From assembly GCF_030028105.1 (NCBI RefSeq), contig NC_092397.1:12167271-12231270 (forward strand): DNA of 64,000 nucleotides, in the 5' to 3' direction. Below the pieces are notes generated by a model that did not search any database, was not told where the DNA came from, and was given only the letters and a program-made list of their open reading frames with translations. The stretch is from Mobula birostris. Its lineage: Eukaryota. Position numbers and translations under genes: made by a program. Within the stretch, counting starts at the first letter, position 1; each line of letters starts with the position of its first letter. Positions 51,006-63,619 of the stretch are shown here, one piece after another.

Positions 51006-51544
51006 GTAGGACACCTCTGGCCAGACCTCTGCAATCCTCTGAAGGCAAATGGGGACGGTATTCGCTTTCTCTTGCAACTTGGCTGTGTGTCAGTCTTTAC
51101 GTATAGTTAATTAGGTCAACGTTCGGTCAGACGGCGGCGCGCATGGTCGCAACTGCCACTCTGGGTCCAACCAAAGGACTCCATGCTGGGTTGGGGGGGC
51201 TGCCCCTCTCCGTCGATGCTGCCCTCCAGTGTTCGCTCACTGGCAGATAAGCTGGATTGCGTTTGTCTGTGGCTGCACCAGTAAACTGCTGGGGGCTTGT
51301 CATTGCCGACAACATCCATGCATCCTCAATCTACAGGACAAGACACTCAGGGACTTGGGCTATATTATATTTTTTTGTGTGACTGTATATTTACTGCTAT
51401 CTTACAGGTGCGATGTGTACCTTGTGCTGTGTATGACTGATGATATTGTGTTTTGTACCTTGGCCCCGGAGTAACACTGTTTCATTTGGCTGTATTCGTG
51501 TATGGTTAAATAACAATTAAATTGAACTTAAATTCAAACTTGAT

Positions 51545-52410
51545 TTGGATAATGGCTTTGTGGCCAAATTTGCGGACCATACAAAGGTAGATGGAGGGGT
51601 GGTCGGTGTTAAGGGAGCTGAGGTCTTGGATAGATTAGCGGAATTGGTAAAAAAAAGTGGCAGATGGAATACACTGTATAGTCATGCACTTCAGTTCAAA
51701 TGATAAAGGCATAGAATATTTTCCAAGCAGGGAGCAAATTCGGAAATCCAAGATGCAAAGGGACATTGTAATCCTTATGCCGGATTTCCTAACAGTTGAG
51801 TCAGTGGTGAGGAAGGCAAATGCAATGCTAGCGTTCATTTCTAGAGGGCTGGTATATAAAAGCAAGGGTGTGATGCTGAGGCTTTATAAGGCACTGGTCA
51901 GACCGCACCTGGAGTACTGTGAGCTGTTTCGGGCCCCAAGTCTAGCTGGCATTTTAGAAGGTCCAGAAAAGGTTTGCGAGAATGATCCCAGGAGTGAATG
52001 GGTTAATGTATGAGGAGCATTTGGTACCTCATGCTGGAGTTTAGAAGATTGATGGGGCGGGGGGATCTCATTGAAACATTGAAAGGCCAAGATAGAGTGG
52101 ATGTGGAGTGTATGTTTCCAGTAGTGGGGGAATCTAGGACCAGAGGGCACAGGGTCAGAGTACAAGGACGTCCCTTTCAAACAGATAAGAAGGAATTTCT
52201 TTAGTCAGAGGGTGGAGAGTCTGTGGAATTCATTACCACAGATGGCTGTGGAGGCTGTCATTGGGTATATTTAAAGTGGGGGGTGATAGGTTCTTAACTA
52301 GTGAGGATAGCAGGAGAACAGGGTTGAGAATGACAACAATTCACCCATGTTGGACTGGCTGAGCAGACTCGATGGGCTGAATGGCCTAATTCTGCTCCTG
52401 CGTCTTACAG
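51545..52410 (+). mobile_element. Degraded CR1 3' fragment
   Basis: KANAMLAFISRG..LVRPHLEYC. Confidence 0.75.
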
Positions 52411-52436
52411 TCTTATTGGTGTACGTGTTGTTGCAG

Positions 52437-52566
52437 ATCCGAGGAGCCCTGAATGCGGTGTCCGGCCTCGCTGAGAGGGGGCAGGAAGGCCTCCAGGCCC
52501 GAGCGGCGGTGACCCACAGCAGTGGCAACCATGGACAGGCGCTGGCCCTCGCTGCCCGAATGAAAG
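52437..52566 (+). CDS. srr: Serine racemase, coding exon 2
   Basis: IRGALNAV..VTHSSGNHGQALALAA; 130 nt, phase 1. Confidence 0.93.
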
Positions 52567-52839
52567 GTGCGGAGGGCTGGATGTGGCGTGGAGGCTAACC
52601 TTTCCTGCACCACGGTGCTGTACGGTGTGAGAAGAAGGCCCCATTGTATACAGTGGCACCAGTACTGGAGCTCAGCGCACTCAGTCATAGAGATCGGGGG
52701 TAATGGGATGGCAGAGGGAACGCCCCGCGTCTCTTTAACTGGCCACAGCACGGCCACCCCTTTAATTGCCTGTGCTGGCCCTGTTCCATTATCCCATAAG
52801 CTATGACTGAATGTCTTCACATCACTGCACGTTCCTTCA

Positions 52840-53590
52840 TAGAACATAGAAACCTACAGCACATCGGAGGCCCTTCGGACCACAGTGTTGTGCCAACCTC
52901 GCAACCCACTCTAGAAGCTGCCTTGAATTACCCTACCGCATAGCCCTATATTTTTTTTAAACTCCATGTACCTATCTAAGAGTCTATTAAAGGACCTTAT
53001 TGTATCTGCCTCCACCACCGTTGCCCGCATTGTACTCCACGCACCCACCACTCTCTGTGTGAAAAACGTATCTCCAAGTACCTACTTCCAAGCCCCCTCA
53101 TGTTAGCCATTTCAGCCCTGGGGAAAAGCCTCTGACTATCCACATGATCAATGCCTCTCATCATCTTGTACACCTGTATCAGATCATCTCTCATCCTCCA
53201 TCGCTCCAAGGAGAAAAGGCCAAAAGTTCACGCAACCTATTCTGATAAGGCATGCTCTCCAATCCCGGCAACATCCTTGTAAATCTTTCCTGCACTCTAT
53301 GGTATCCACATCCTTCCTGTAGTGAGGTGACCAGAACTTAGAACAGTACTCCAAGTGTGGTCTGACCAAGGTCTTGTATAGCTGTAACGTTACCTCTCAG
53401 CTCTTGAACTCAGTCCCACGGTTAATGAATGCCAACTCACCATACACCTTCTTAACAACACTGTCAACCTGTGCGGCAGCTTTGAGTGTCCTATGGACAC
53501 GGACCCCATGATCTCGCTGATCCTCCACACTGCCAAGAGTCTTATCATTAACATTATATCCTGTCTTCAAATTTGACCTTCCAAAATGAT
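52840..53590 (-). mobile_element. CR1 3' fragment
   Basis: VRPHLEYCSKFWSPHYRKD; same subfamily as 15180-15910. Confidence 0.8.
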
Positions 53591-53669
53591 CATCTTCTAA
53601 CTCAATGTGTTTGTTTATCTGAGATGTGGCTTGTTCACTGTCCTACTGTACAGGCATTGCCCCTTTGAA

Positions 53670-55880
53670 AGAGAGGAGGGGATTAGGTGAGGGGAGAGGA
53701 TGGAGAGAGGGGCTTGAGGGAGGAGTTAAGGGGAAAGAGGGAGGGGCTAAGGGGAGGGTGGAGTTGGAAAGAGGGAGGGGGTAAGGGGAGGAAGGAGCTG
53801 GGGGAAAGAGGGAGGGTTTAGAGAAGATGAGGGAGGAAGAGCGGTTTAAGGGAGGCATTCAGGGGGTTAAGGAAAGAAGTTTAGGGAGGGGGATTAGTGA
53901 AGGAAAGGGTCAGGGGAAGGGAGAGAGGAGGACTGGGGAGGGGGTTTATAGGGAGGGAGGCAGATTCGAGAAAGGAAGGAGATTAGAGGAGGGCAGGAAG
54001 GGTTTTAGAGGAAAGGGGTGATTAGGGAAGGAGGGTGTTAGAGGAAAGGGTTTAGGGGAGGGAGGAATTGAGAAAGGAAAGGGTTAGGTGATAGGAGGAA
54101 GGGGGTTAGGGAAGGAAGGGGTTAGGTGAAGGAAGAAAGGGGGATTTAGAGGAAGGGAGGAAGGGAATTGGGGAGGAGGGGGTTAGAGGAAGGGGAGAAG
54201 TGGATTGGGGAGGAAGGGGAGGGAAGAGGATTGGGGAAGGAGGGGTTAGAGGTAGGTGGGGGAGGGGGTTTGGGGAAGGAGGGGATTAGAAGAAGGGGGA
54301 AGGGAATTGGGGCAAGAAGGGGGTTAGAGGAAGGGGAGGGAGAGGATTGGAGAAGGGGAGGAGGGGAGGGAGGGGCATTGGAGAAGGAGGAGGTTGAAGG
54401 GGGTTAGAGGAGGGGAGAGGCATTGGGGAAAGAGGGGTTAGAGGAAGGGGAAGGGAATTGGGGAGGAGGGGGTTAGAGAAAGGGGAGGTTAGGGGATTGG
54501 GGAAGGAAGGGTTAGAGGTAGGTGGGGGAGGGTGTTTGGGAAGAGGGGTTTAGAGGAAGGGGTGGAGGGGGATTGGGGAAGAAGAGGGTTAGAGGAACGG
54601 GAGGGAAGAGGATTGGGGAAGGAGGGGTTAGAGGTAGGTGGGGGAGGGGGTTTGGGGAAAGAGAGGATTAGAAGAAGGGGAAAGGAATTGGAGAAAGGGG
54701 TTAGAGGAAGGGGAGGGACGGGGATTGGGGAAGGAGGGGGAGGAGGGGGTTAGAGGAGGGGAGGGAGGGGCATTGGGGAAGGAGGGTTTAGAGGAAGGGG
54801 AAGGGAATTGGGGAGGAGGGGGTTAGAGAAGGGGGAGGTTAGGGGATTGGGGAAGGAGGGGGTTAGAGGAAGGGAAAGGGAATTGGGGAGGAGGGGGTTA
54901 GGGAAAGGGGAGGTTAGGGGATTGGGGAAGGAGGGGGTTAGAGGAAGGGGAAGGGAATTGGGGAAGAAGGGGAGGGAAGAGGATTGGGGAAGGAGGGGGT
55001 TAGAGGAAGGGGAAAGGGAATTGGGAAAGGAAGGGGTTAGAAGAAGGGGAGGGAAGAGGATTGGGGAAGAGGGGGTTAGAGGTAGGCGGGGAGGGGGTTT
55101 GGGGAAGGAGGGGATTAGAAGAAGAGGGAAGGGAATTGGAAAAAGCGGTTAGAGGAAGGGGAGGGAAGAGGATTGGGGAAGGAGGAGGTTAGAGGGGAGG
55201 GAAGAGGATTGGGGAGGAAGGGGTTAGAGGAGGGGAGGGAAGAGGATTGGGGAAAGAGGAGGTTAGAGGGGAGGGAAGAGGATTGGGGAAGAGGGGGTTA
55301 GAGGAAGGGGAGGGAAGAGGATTGGGGAAGGAGGAGGTTAGAGGGGAGGGAAGAGGATTGGGGAAGGAGGAGGTTAGAGGAGGGGAGGGAAGAGGATTGG
55401 GGAAGGAGGAGGTTAGAGGGGAGGGAAGAGGATTGGGGAAGGAGGAGGTTAGAGGAGGGGAGGGAAGAGGATTGGGGAAGGAGGAGGTTAGAGGGGAGGG
55501 AAGAGGATTGGGGAAGGAGGAGGTTAGAGGAGGGGAGGGAAGAAGATTGGGGAAGGAGGGGATTAGAGGAAGGGGAGGGAAGAGGATTGGGGAAGGAGGA
55601 GGTTAGAGGGGAGGGAAGAGGATTGGGGAAGGAGGGGATTAGAGGAAGGGGAGGGAAGAGGATTGGGGAAGGAGGAGGTTAGAGGGGAGGGAAGAGGATT
55701 GGGGAAGGAGGGGTTAGAGGAAGGGGAAGGGAATTGAGAGGAGGGGGTTAGAGAAAGGGGAGGTTAGGGGATTGGGGAAGGAGGGGGTTGGAGGAAGAGG
55801 AGGGAGGGGTTAGGGAAGGGAGTGCTGTGAAGGGGAGAGTTTGAGAAGGAGATGCCAAGGGAGGAGGAGGAGGGAGGATG
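53670..55880 (+). repeat. Polypurine, G-rich low-complexity minisatellite tract
   Basis: Almost C-free plus strand built from GGGGTTAGAGG and GGATTGGGGAAGG motifs; 36/41-bp units at ~55150-55720. Confidence 0.95.
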
Positions 55881-55987
55881 GGGTCCCTGCTCTGCTGAGG
55901 GAGGGCCAGTTAATTCACCTAATGACCTCAAACTCCTTTCTTGCTGCATTTCCAACCATTCACAACCATACCTTTGAACCTCCTCAG

Positions 55988-56091
55988 GAATTCCCTCGTA
56001 CGTGGTTGTACCTCGAACAGCCCCAGCCTGCAAGAAGGCCGCCATGCTGGAGTACGGCGCACACCTCCTGGAGTGTGAACCCACCGACGAG
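55988..56091 (+). CDS. srr: Serine racemase, coding exon 3
   Basis: GIPSYVVVPRTAPACKKAAMLEYGAHLLECEPTDE|gtgag; 104 nt. Confidence 0.93.
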
Positions 56092-57139
56092 GTGAGGAGG
56101 TGCCCGCTGGGAGTGTGGATTGAGGGTTGGGAAAGGGCCAGACTGAGGGTGAGGGGCAGGAGAACGGGAGAGGGAGGACTGTGCCGAGGGGAAGGAGTAA
56201 GGGAGGTAGGAGACTGGATGGAGGGAACAGAATCTGCAAAGAGAGGTCAACCATTCCAGTTAGCCCCCCACCCCCTCTATCTGTTACCTCAGTCACCGCA
56301 CTGTAAACACTTCAAACCAGTTTTTATAATGCTGTTTACTTTGTAAATCCATGCCGGTATTCAACAGGTCAGGCAGCATCTATGGAGAGTCAACGTTTTG
56401 GGATGACAACTTCGGCCCAAAACATTGTCTCTATTCCTTTCCATTGATGCTGCCTGACCTTCTGAGTTCCTCCAGCGCTTTGTGTGTGTTACTCTGGATT
56501 TCCAGCATCTGCAAATTCTGTTGTGTTTATGACATACTAGCATTTATATATTTATGTACATTTAATTCACTATCCATAGAGGAAGGGAATGAGGAGAAAG
56601 AAAACACTGATTCTAAATCTCCGCTGCCTTGCGGCCACACCCACCCATGGGAAAGGCTTCGGGGGTAAACCCCGGGAAAGAAATCCGGAGCCAGGGTCCC
56701 TCAGGCTGTTTGACGTTGGCAACCTCTGTGATGACACTGGCACCAAGCTATATTGTTGCTTGCCCTTCCCTTGGACTACATCGGTGATGTGGCGAGGGGG
56801 AGCCCGCTGCATGGGCCACAGCTGGTTCCTCAAATCTGCCCTCCCAGGCTTGCGCCCTGGAGAGGACACTGTTCACCAGAGGCGCAAACCCATAATCCCC
56901 TGGGGTTGACGGCTACTTACTCACTACTCACTTCTAACTTATTTTATAGAATTCTTTATTCTCTATATATGCTGCATGTTGTTTTGTGTTGCATCTCGCA
57001 CCGACACACCACAGCAAATTCCTAATACATGTAAATGTATCTGGTGAATAACGTTAATCCTTGACAATGAAGGGATAAGGCAGAGAAAGGGAGTAAGGAG
57101 AAGAGACAGAGGTAGAAAACGTTGGACTATTGTTTGCGT

Positions 57140-60100
57140 ACTGTTGGGGGGGGATAGCATACCTGGGGGAAGCAACACTGGCCATACCTCCGACACAGAG
57201 TCCGGCCCTGTAGCTAAGAAGGGTAGGGAACGGAAGAGGAGGGCAGTAGTAATAGGAGACTCAATAGTCAAGGGGTCAGATAGACGATTCTGTGGACGAA
57301 GTCCGGAGACCCGGATGGTGGTTGCCTTCCTGGTGCCAGGGTCCGGGATGTTTCTGATCGCATCCAAGAGATCCTGAAGTGGGAGGGAGAGGAGCCAGAG
57401 GTCGTGGTACATATAGGTACCAATGACATAGGTAGGAAAAGGGGAGAGGTCCTGAAAGAAGAATATAGGGAGTTAGGAAGGGAGTTGAGAAAAGGGACCG
57501 CAAAGGTAGTAATCTTGGGATTACTTCCTGTGCTACGCGACAGTGAGAGTAGGAATGCAATGAGATATAGGATAAATGCGTGGCTGAGGGATTGGAGCAG
57601 GGGGCAGGGATTCGTGTTTTTGGATCATTGGAACCACTATTGGCGCAGGGGTGACCTGTACAAAGGGGACGGGTTACACTTGAATCGTAGGGGGACGAAT
57701 ACCCTGGCGGGGAGATTTGCAAGGGCTACTAAGGTGACTTTAAACTAGAATGGTTGGGGGGAGGGAATCAAATTAAGGAGACTAGGAGAGGGGAGGTTGA
57801 TGTAGGGGAAAAGGCAGAAAAAGATAACAAAGTTTGCTCCATTAAGGATAAACAGAGAGTGGGAGGTGGAGAGTTTCTTAAATGCATCTATTTTAATGCT
57901 AGGAGCATTGTAAGAAAGCTGCATGTGCTTAGAGCATGGATTGATACCTGGGAATATGATGTTGTAGCTATTAGTGAAATGTGGTTACAGGAGGGGTGTG
58001 ATTGGCAACTAAATATTCCAGGATTTCGTTGCTTCAGGTGTGATAGAATAGGAGGGGCAAGAGGGGGAGGTGTTGCATTGCTTGTCAGAGAATGTATAAC
58101 AGTGGTGCTCTGGCAGGATAGATTAGTGGACTCGTCTAGGGAGGATATTTGGGTGGAATTGAGGAATAGGAAAAGTGTTGTGACACTTATAGGGGTGTAT
58201 TATAGACCACCTTATGGGGACTGAAAACTGGAAGAGCAAATTTGTAAGGAGATAGCAGATATTTGTAGTAAGCGCAAGGTTGTGATTGTGGGAGATTTTA
58301 ATTTTCCACACGCAGACTAGGAAGCCCATTCTGTAAAAGGGCTGGATGGTTTGGAGTTTGTCAAATGTGTGCAGAGTAGTTTTTTGGAGCAATACATAGA
58401 GGTACCAACTAGAGAAGGGGCAATGTTGGATCCCCTGTTAGGGAATGAGACAGGGCAGGTGACAGAGGTATGTGTCGGGGAGCACTTCAGGTTAAGTGAT
58501 CACAATACCATTAGTTTCAGTGTAATTATGGAGGAGGATAGGACTGGACCTAGGATTGAGATTTTTGATTGGAGAAAGGCTAACTTTGAGGAGATGCGAA
58601 AGGATTTAGAAGGAGTGGATTGGGACAGTTTGTTTTATGGGAAGGATGTAATAGAGAAATGGAGGTCATTTAAAGGTGAAATTTTGAGGGTTCAGAATCT
58701 TTATGTTCCTGTTAGGTTGAAAGGAAAGGTTAAATGTTTGAGAGAGCCATGATTTTCAAGGGATATTGGAAACTTGGTTCGGAAAAAGAGAGAGATCTTC
58801 AATAAATATAGGCAGCTTGGAGTTAATGAGGTACTCGAGGAATATAAAGAATGTAAAAAGAATCTTAAGAAAGAAATTAGAAAAGCTAAAAGAAGATACG
58901 AGGCTGCTTTGGCAAGTAAGGTGAAAATAAATCCAAAGTGTTTCTACAGTTATGTTAGTGGCAAAAGGATAGTGAGGGATAAAATTGGTCCCTTGGAGAA
59001 TCAGAGTGGACGGCTATGTGCGGAGCCAAAAGAGGTGGGGGAGATTTTGAACAATTTCTTTTCTTCGGTATTCACTAAGGAGAAGGATATTGGATTGTGT
59101 AAGGTAAAGGAAACAAGAAGGGTAGTATGGGAAGTATGACGATTAAAGAAGAGGAAGTACTGGCGCTTTTAAGGAATATAAAAGTGGATAAGTCTCCGGG
59201 TCCGGACAAGATATTCCCTAGAATCTTGAGGGAAGTTAGCGTAGAAGTAGCAGGGGCTCTGACAGAAATATTTCAAATGTCATTAGAAACGGGGATGGTG
59301 CCGGAGGATTGGCATATTGCTCATGTGGTTCCATTGTTTAAAAAGTATTCTAAGAGTAAACCTGGCAATTATGTCCTGTGAGTTTGACGTCAGTGGTGGG
59401 TAAATTGATGGAAAGTATTCTTAGAGATGGTATATATAATTACCTGGATAGACAGAGTCTGATTAGGAACAGTCAACATGAATTTGTGCGTGGAAGGTCA
59501 TGTTTGACAAATCTTATTAAATTTTTTGATGAGGTTACTAAGAAAGTTGACGAGGGTAAAGCCTTGGATGTTGTCTATATGGACTTCAGTAAGGCCTTTG
59601 ACAAGGTTCCACACGGGAGGTTAGTTAGGAAGGTTCAATCGTTAGGCATTAATATGGAAGTAGTAAAATGGATTCAGCAGTGGCTAGATGGGAGACACCA
59701 GAGAGTAGTGGTGGATAACTGTCAGGTTGGAGGACGGTGTGTAGCGGTGTGCCTCAGGGATCTGTACTGGGTCCAATGTTGTTTGTCATATATACTAATG
59801 ATCTGGATGATGGGGTGGTAAATTGGATTAGTAAGTATGCAGATGATACTAAGATAGGTGGCGTTGTGGATGATGAGGTAGGTTTTCAAAGCTTGCAGAG
59901 AGATTTAGGACAGAAGAGTGGGCTGAAGGATGGCAGATGGAGTTTAATGCTGAAAAATGTGAGGTGCTACATTTTGGTAGGACTAATCAAAACAGGACAT
60001 ACATGGTAAATGGTAGGGCATTGAAGAATGCAGTAAAACAGAGGGATCTGGGAATAATGGTGCATAGTTCCCTGAAGGTGGAATCTCATGAAGATAGGAT

Positions 60101-60745
60101 GGTGAAGAAAGCTTTTGGTATGCTGGCCTTTATTAATCAGAGCATTGAGTATAGAAGTTGGGATGTAATGTTGAAATTGTATAGGGCATTGGTAAGGCCA
60201 AATTTGGAGTATTGTCTACAGTTCTGGCCACCGAATTATAGGAAAGATGTCAATAAAATTGAGAGAGTACAGAGGAGGTTTACTAAACTGTTGCCTGGGT
60301 TTCATCTAAGTTACAGGGAAAGGTTGAACGAGTTAGGTCTTTATACTTTGGAGCGTAGAAGGTTGAGGAGGGACTTGATAGAGGTGTTTAAAATTGTGAA
60401 GGGGAATGATAGAGTTGACGTGGATAGGCTTTTTCCATTGAGAGTGGGAGAGATTCAAACAGGAGGACATGAGTTGAGAGTTAAAGGACAGAAGTTTAGG
60501 GGTAACATGATGGGGAACTTCTTTACTCAGAGAGTGGTAGCTGTGTGGAATGAGCTTCCAGCAGAAGTGGTTGAGGCAGGTTCGATGTTGTCGTTTAAAG
60601 TTAAATTGGATAGATATATGGACAGGAAAGGAATGGAGGGTTATGGGCCGAGTGCAGGTCGGTGGGACTAGGTGAGAGTAAGAGTTCGGCACGGACTAGA
60701 AGGGCCGAGATGGCCTGTTTCTGTGCTGTAATTGTTATATGGTTG
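57140..60745 (+). mobile_element. CR1 LINE (esterase ORF1 and fragmented ORF2)
   Basis: VIGDSIVKG, HIGTND, FNARS, YYRPP, SDH, YMDFSKAFDKV, KYADD; many stops and frameshifts. Confidence 0.92.
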
Positions 60746-61299
60746 GATCTTATCCCAATTTTCCACGTGATAGAGAATTTCCCCAGGTTTAATCCTCCCC
60801 ACCCCTCCCTTCACTGCCACCCAAGTAAATCACTTCTCTCTCGCTCAGGTCCACTCAGCGGTTCCTCAACTGGAACTATTTCACCTTTCCCACTTGCTCC
60901 CTGAGGGGTTTTTGTTTCCCAACAATACGAGGGGGCATAGTTTTAAGGTGTTTGGAAATGGGTACCGAGGGGATGTCAGGTGTAAGTTTTTCACACAGAG
61001 AGTGATGGGTGCCTGGAATGCACTGCCAGCGACAGTGGTGGGGGTGGATACAGTGGGGTCTTTTAAGAGCCTCTTGGATAGGTACATGGAGCTTAGAAAA
61101 ACAGAGGGCTGTGTGGTAGGGAAATTCTAGGCAGTTTCTAGAGTGGGTCACATGGTCGGCACAACATTGTGGGCCGAAGGGCCTGTAATGTGCTGTAAAT
61201 TTTCATGTCTATGTACTTATTTTTAAATATATTCTTAAAAATATATTTTAAAAAATATTTCTGTAGCTTATAATCTATTATTTATTTATTTATTGCACT

Positions 61300-61463
61300 N
61301 NNNNNNNNNNNNNNNNNNNNNNNNNNNNNNNNNNNNNNNNNNNNNNNNNNNNNNNNNNNNNNNNNNNNNNNNNNNNNNNNNNNNNNNNNNNNNNNNNNNN
61401 NNNNNNNNNNNNNNNNNNNNNNNNNNNNNNNNNNNNNNNNNNNNNNNNNNNNNNNNNNNNNNN
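61300..61463. other. Assembly gap (164 N)
   Basis: Run of N. Confidence 1.
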
Positions 61464-63192
61464 AGGTACACTCGTACACATGCTCGTTAATGCAAATATC
61501 TAATCAGCCAGTCGTGTGACAACAACTCAATGCATAAAAGCATGCAGACACGGTCAAGAGGTTCAGTTGCTGTTCAGACCAAGCATCAGAATGGGGGAGA
61601 AATTTGATCTAAGTGACTTTGACTGTGGAATGATTGTTGGTGCTGGACAGTGTGTGCTTTGAATATCCCAGAAACTGCAGATCTGCTGGAGTTTTCACAC
61701 ACAATAGTCTCTAGAGCAGCGGTCCCCAACCACCGGGCCGTGGACCGATACCGGGCTGCAAAGCATGTGCTACAGGGCCGCGAGGGAACGATATGATTTG
61801 GCGATATGAGTCAGCTGCACCTTTTCTCGTTCCCTGTCAAGCTCTGTTGAGTCATTACGCATGCGAGGTCATGACCCGCGCGTCATCCATGTCAGCGCGG
61901 GAAGGAAATCAACTCCTTAAGCTTGCAAATGACAGCGGGCTGAAAAGTATGCTTGACATAACATGTCTGCCGGCATTCTGGATCAAAGTCAAGGCTAAAT
62001 ATCCTGAGATAGCTACGAAAGCACTGAAAACATTGCTTCCATTTCCAACATCATATCTCTGCTAAGCAGAGTTTTCTGCAATGAATGCAACGAAAACTAA
62101 ATTGCGGAATAGACTGGACATAAGGAACCCCCTTCGAGTATCGTTGTCTCCCATCACCCCTTGATGGGACCGTGTTGTTGCAGGGAAACAAGCTCAGAGC
62201 TCCCACTGATTCAGCGATATTGGTGTGTTGCAATGACTTCATATGTTCATACAGGGAAAATATGTGCTGTGTGTTTAATATCCAAACGTTACTTAAAATG
62301 TTATGATGCTATTGACTTTTATAACCATATAACAATTACAGCTCGGAAACAGGCCATCTCTGCCCTTCTAGTTCGTGCTGAACGCTACTCTCACCTAGTC
62401 CCACCGACTTGCACTCAGTCCATAACCCTCCATTCCTTTCCTGTCCATATACCTATCCAATTTTTCTTTAAATGATAATATTGAACTACCTTCTACCACT
62501 TCTACTGGAAGTTCGTTCAACACTTACTTCAAGCTCCCCGTCCTCCCCGATAATTGACTTATCACTATATTCATGCCAGGAAAATATGCACTGTGTTTAA
62601 TATTAAATTCGTCAGATAAATCCTTTTAGAAAGCCACTTATCACCGATATTCTGGTCGTGATTAACACCAACCCCCCCCCCCCCCCAAACAGAATCTCCA
62701 AAAACGATTTGCAGAACAAAAATCGGCAGGTACATGCATGCACAAGTCACGCGTACACAATGGTGCCGTGCAAGGCTTCATGGTCATTGTAGTCTTTCTT
62801 GGGGTAAACACAACGTATTTGACTGCTACTCTTGGCCGTTGGCAACCCTACCCCCACCCACCTCGGGTCTGCCGGTCCGCAAGAATATTGTCAATATTAA
62901 ACCGGTCTGCAGTGCGAGAAAGGTTGGGGACCCCTGCTCTAGAGTTTTTAGAGAGCGGAAAATGCCTTGCTAATGACAGAGGTCAGAGGGGAATGGCCAG
63001 ACTGATTCAACGTGATACGAAGGCGACAGTAATTCAGATAACCACACGTTACAACAGTGGTGTGTATAAGAGCATGTCTGAACCTTAAAGTGGATGGGCT
63101 ACAGCAGCAAAAGACCACGAACACATATAAATACGGTCAGTGGCCCCTTTATCAGCGACAGGAGTTACTGAATAAAGTGGTCACTGAGTGTA
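61464..63192 (+). mobile_element. Non-autonomous Tc1-like element interrupted by a hAT element
   Basis: HTH remnant (DLSDFDCGMIVGA), right end AATAAAGTGGTCACTGAGTG|TA. Confidence 0.65.
61717..62936 (+). mobile_element. hAT Buster/Charlie-type deleted transposon
   Basis: TIRs CAGCGGTCCCCAACC and GGTTGGGGACCCCTG, perfect 8-bp TSD CTCTAGAG, dimerisation-domain remnant FWIKVKAKYPEIA..LLPFPTSYLC. Confidence 0.9.
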
Positions 63193-63478
63193 TATCAGTG
63201 ATAATAAACCTGATTCTGATTGTGAAGGAAGTTTCTCATCCTTCCCCTTCAGCTCTGACTCTGAGATGGTTCTCTAAAATGGCTCAGCAATCACCGCGTT
63301 CAACGCCAGCCAGCGTCAGTAATAACATCCAGTGACTGAATAAGAAAACTAATGTTCCGTTTCGTTCCAGTCAGGCTGACCCCTGTAGGCACTTAGTAAC
63401 CATTGCGTTCAAATGCTGTGCGGAATGAGTACACACGGGGATGTGGCTGGTGGCCAACTCACACTCTCCTTCTGTTAG

Positions 63479-63598
63479 TCTAGAGCGGAAACCGCGTCCA
63501 GAGCGGTCATTGAGACCCAAGGAATCCTTGTCCACCCCAATCAGGATCCTCTCGTGATTGCGGGCCAGGGCACCATTGGATTGGAGATTTTAGAACAG
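63479..63598 (+). CDS. srr: Serine racemase, coding exon 4 (gene continues beyond the window)
   Basis: SRAETASRAVIETQGILVHPNQDPLVIAGQGTIGLEILEQ|gtaac; 120 nt, absent from the ORF track. Confidence 0.92.
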
Positions 63599-63619
63599 GT
63601 AACGGAAGGGGTTGGAGAA

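Noticed and set aside
53827-55606. Gly/Glu/Arg-rich ORFs
   Set aside because: Artefacts of the purine-rich repeat.
61282-61490. ORFs across the N run
   Set aside because: Assembly gap artefacts.
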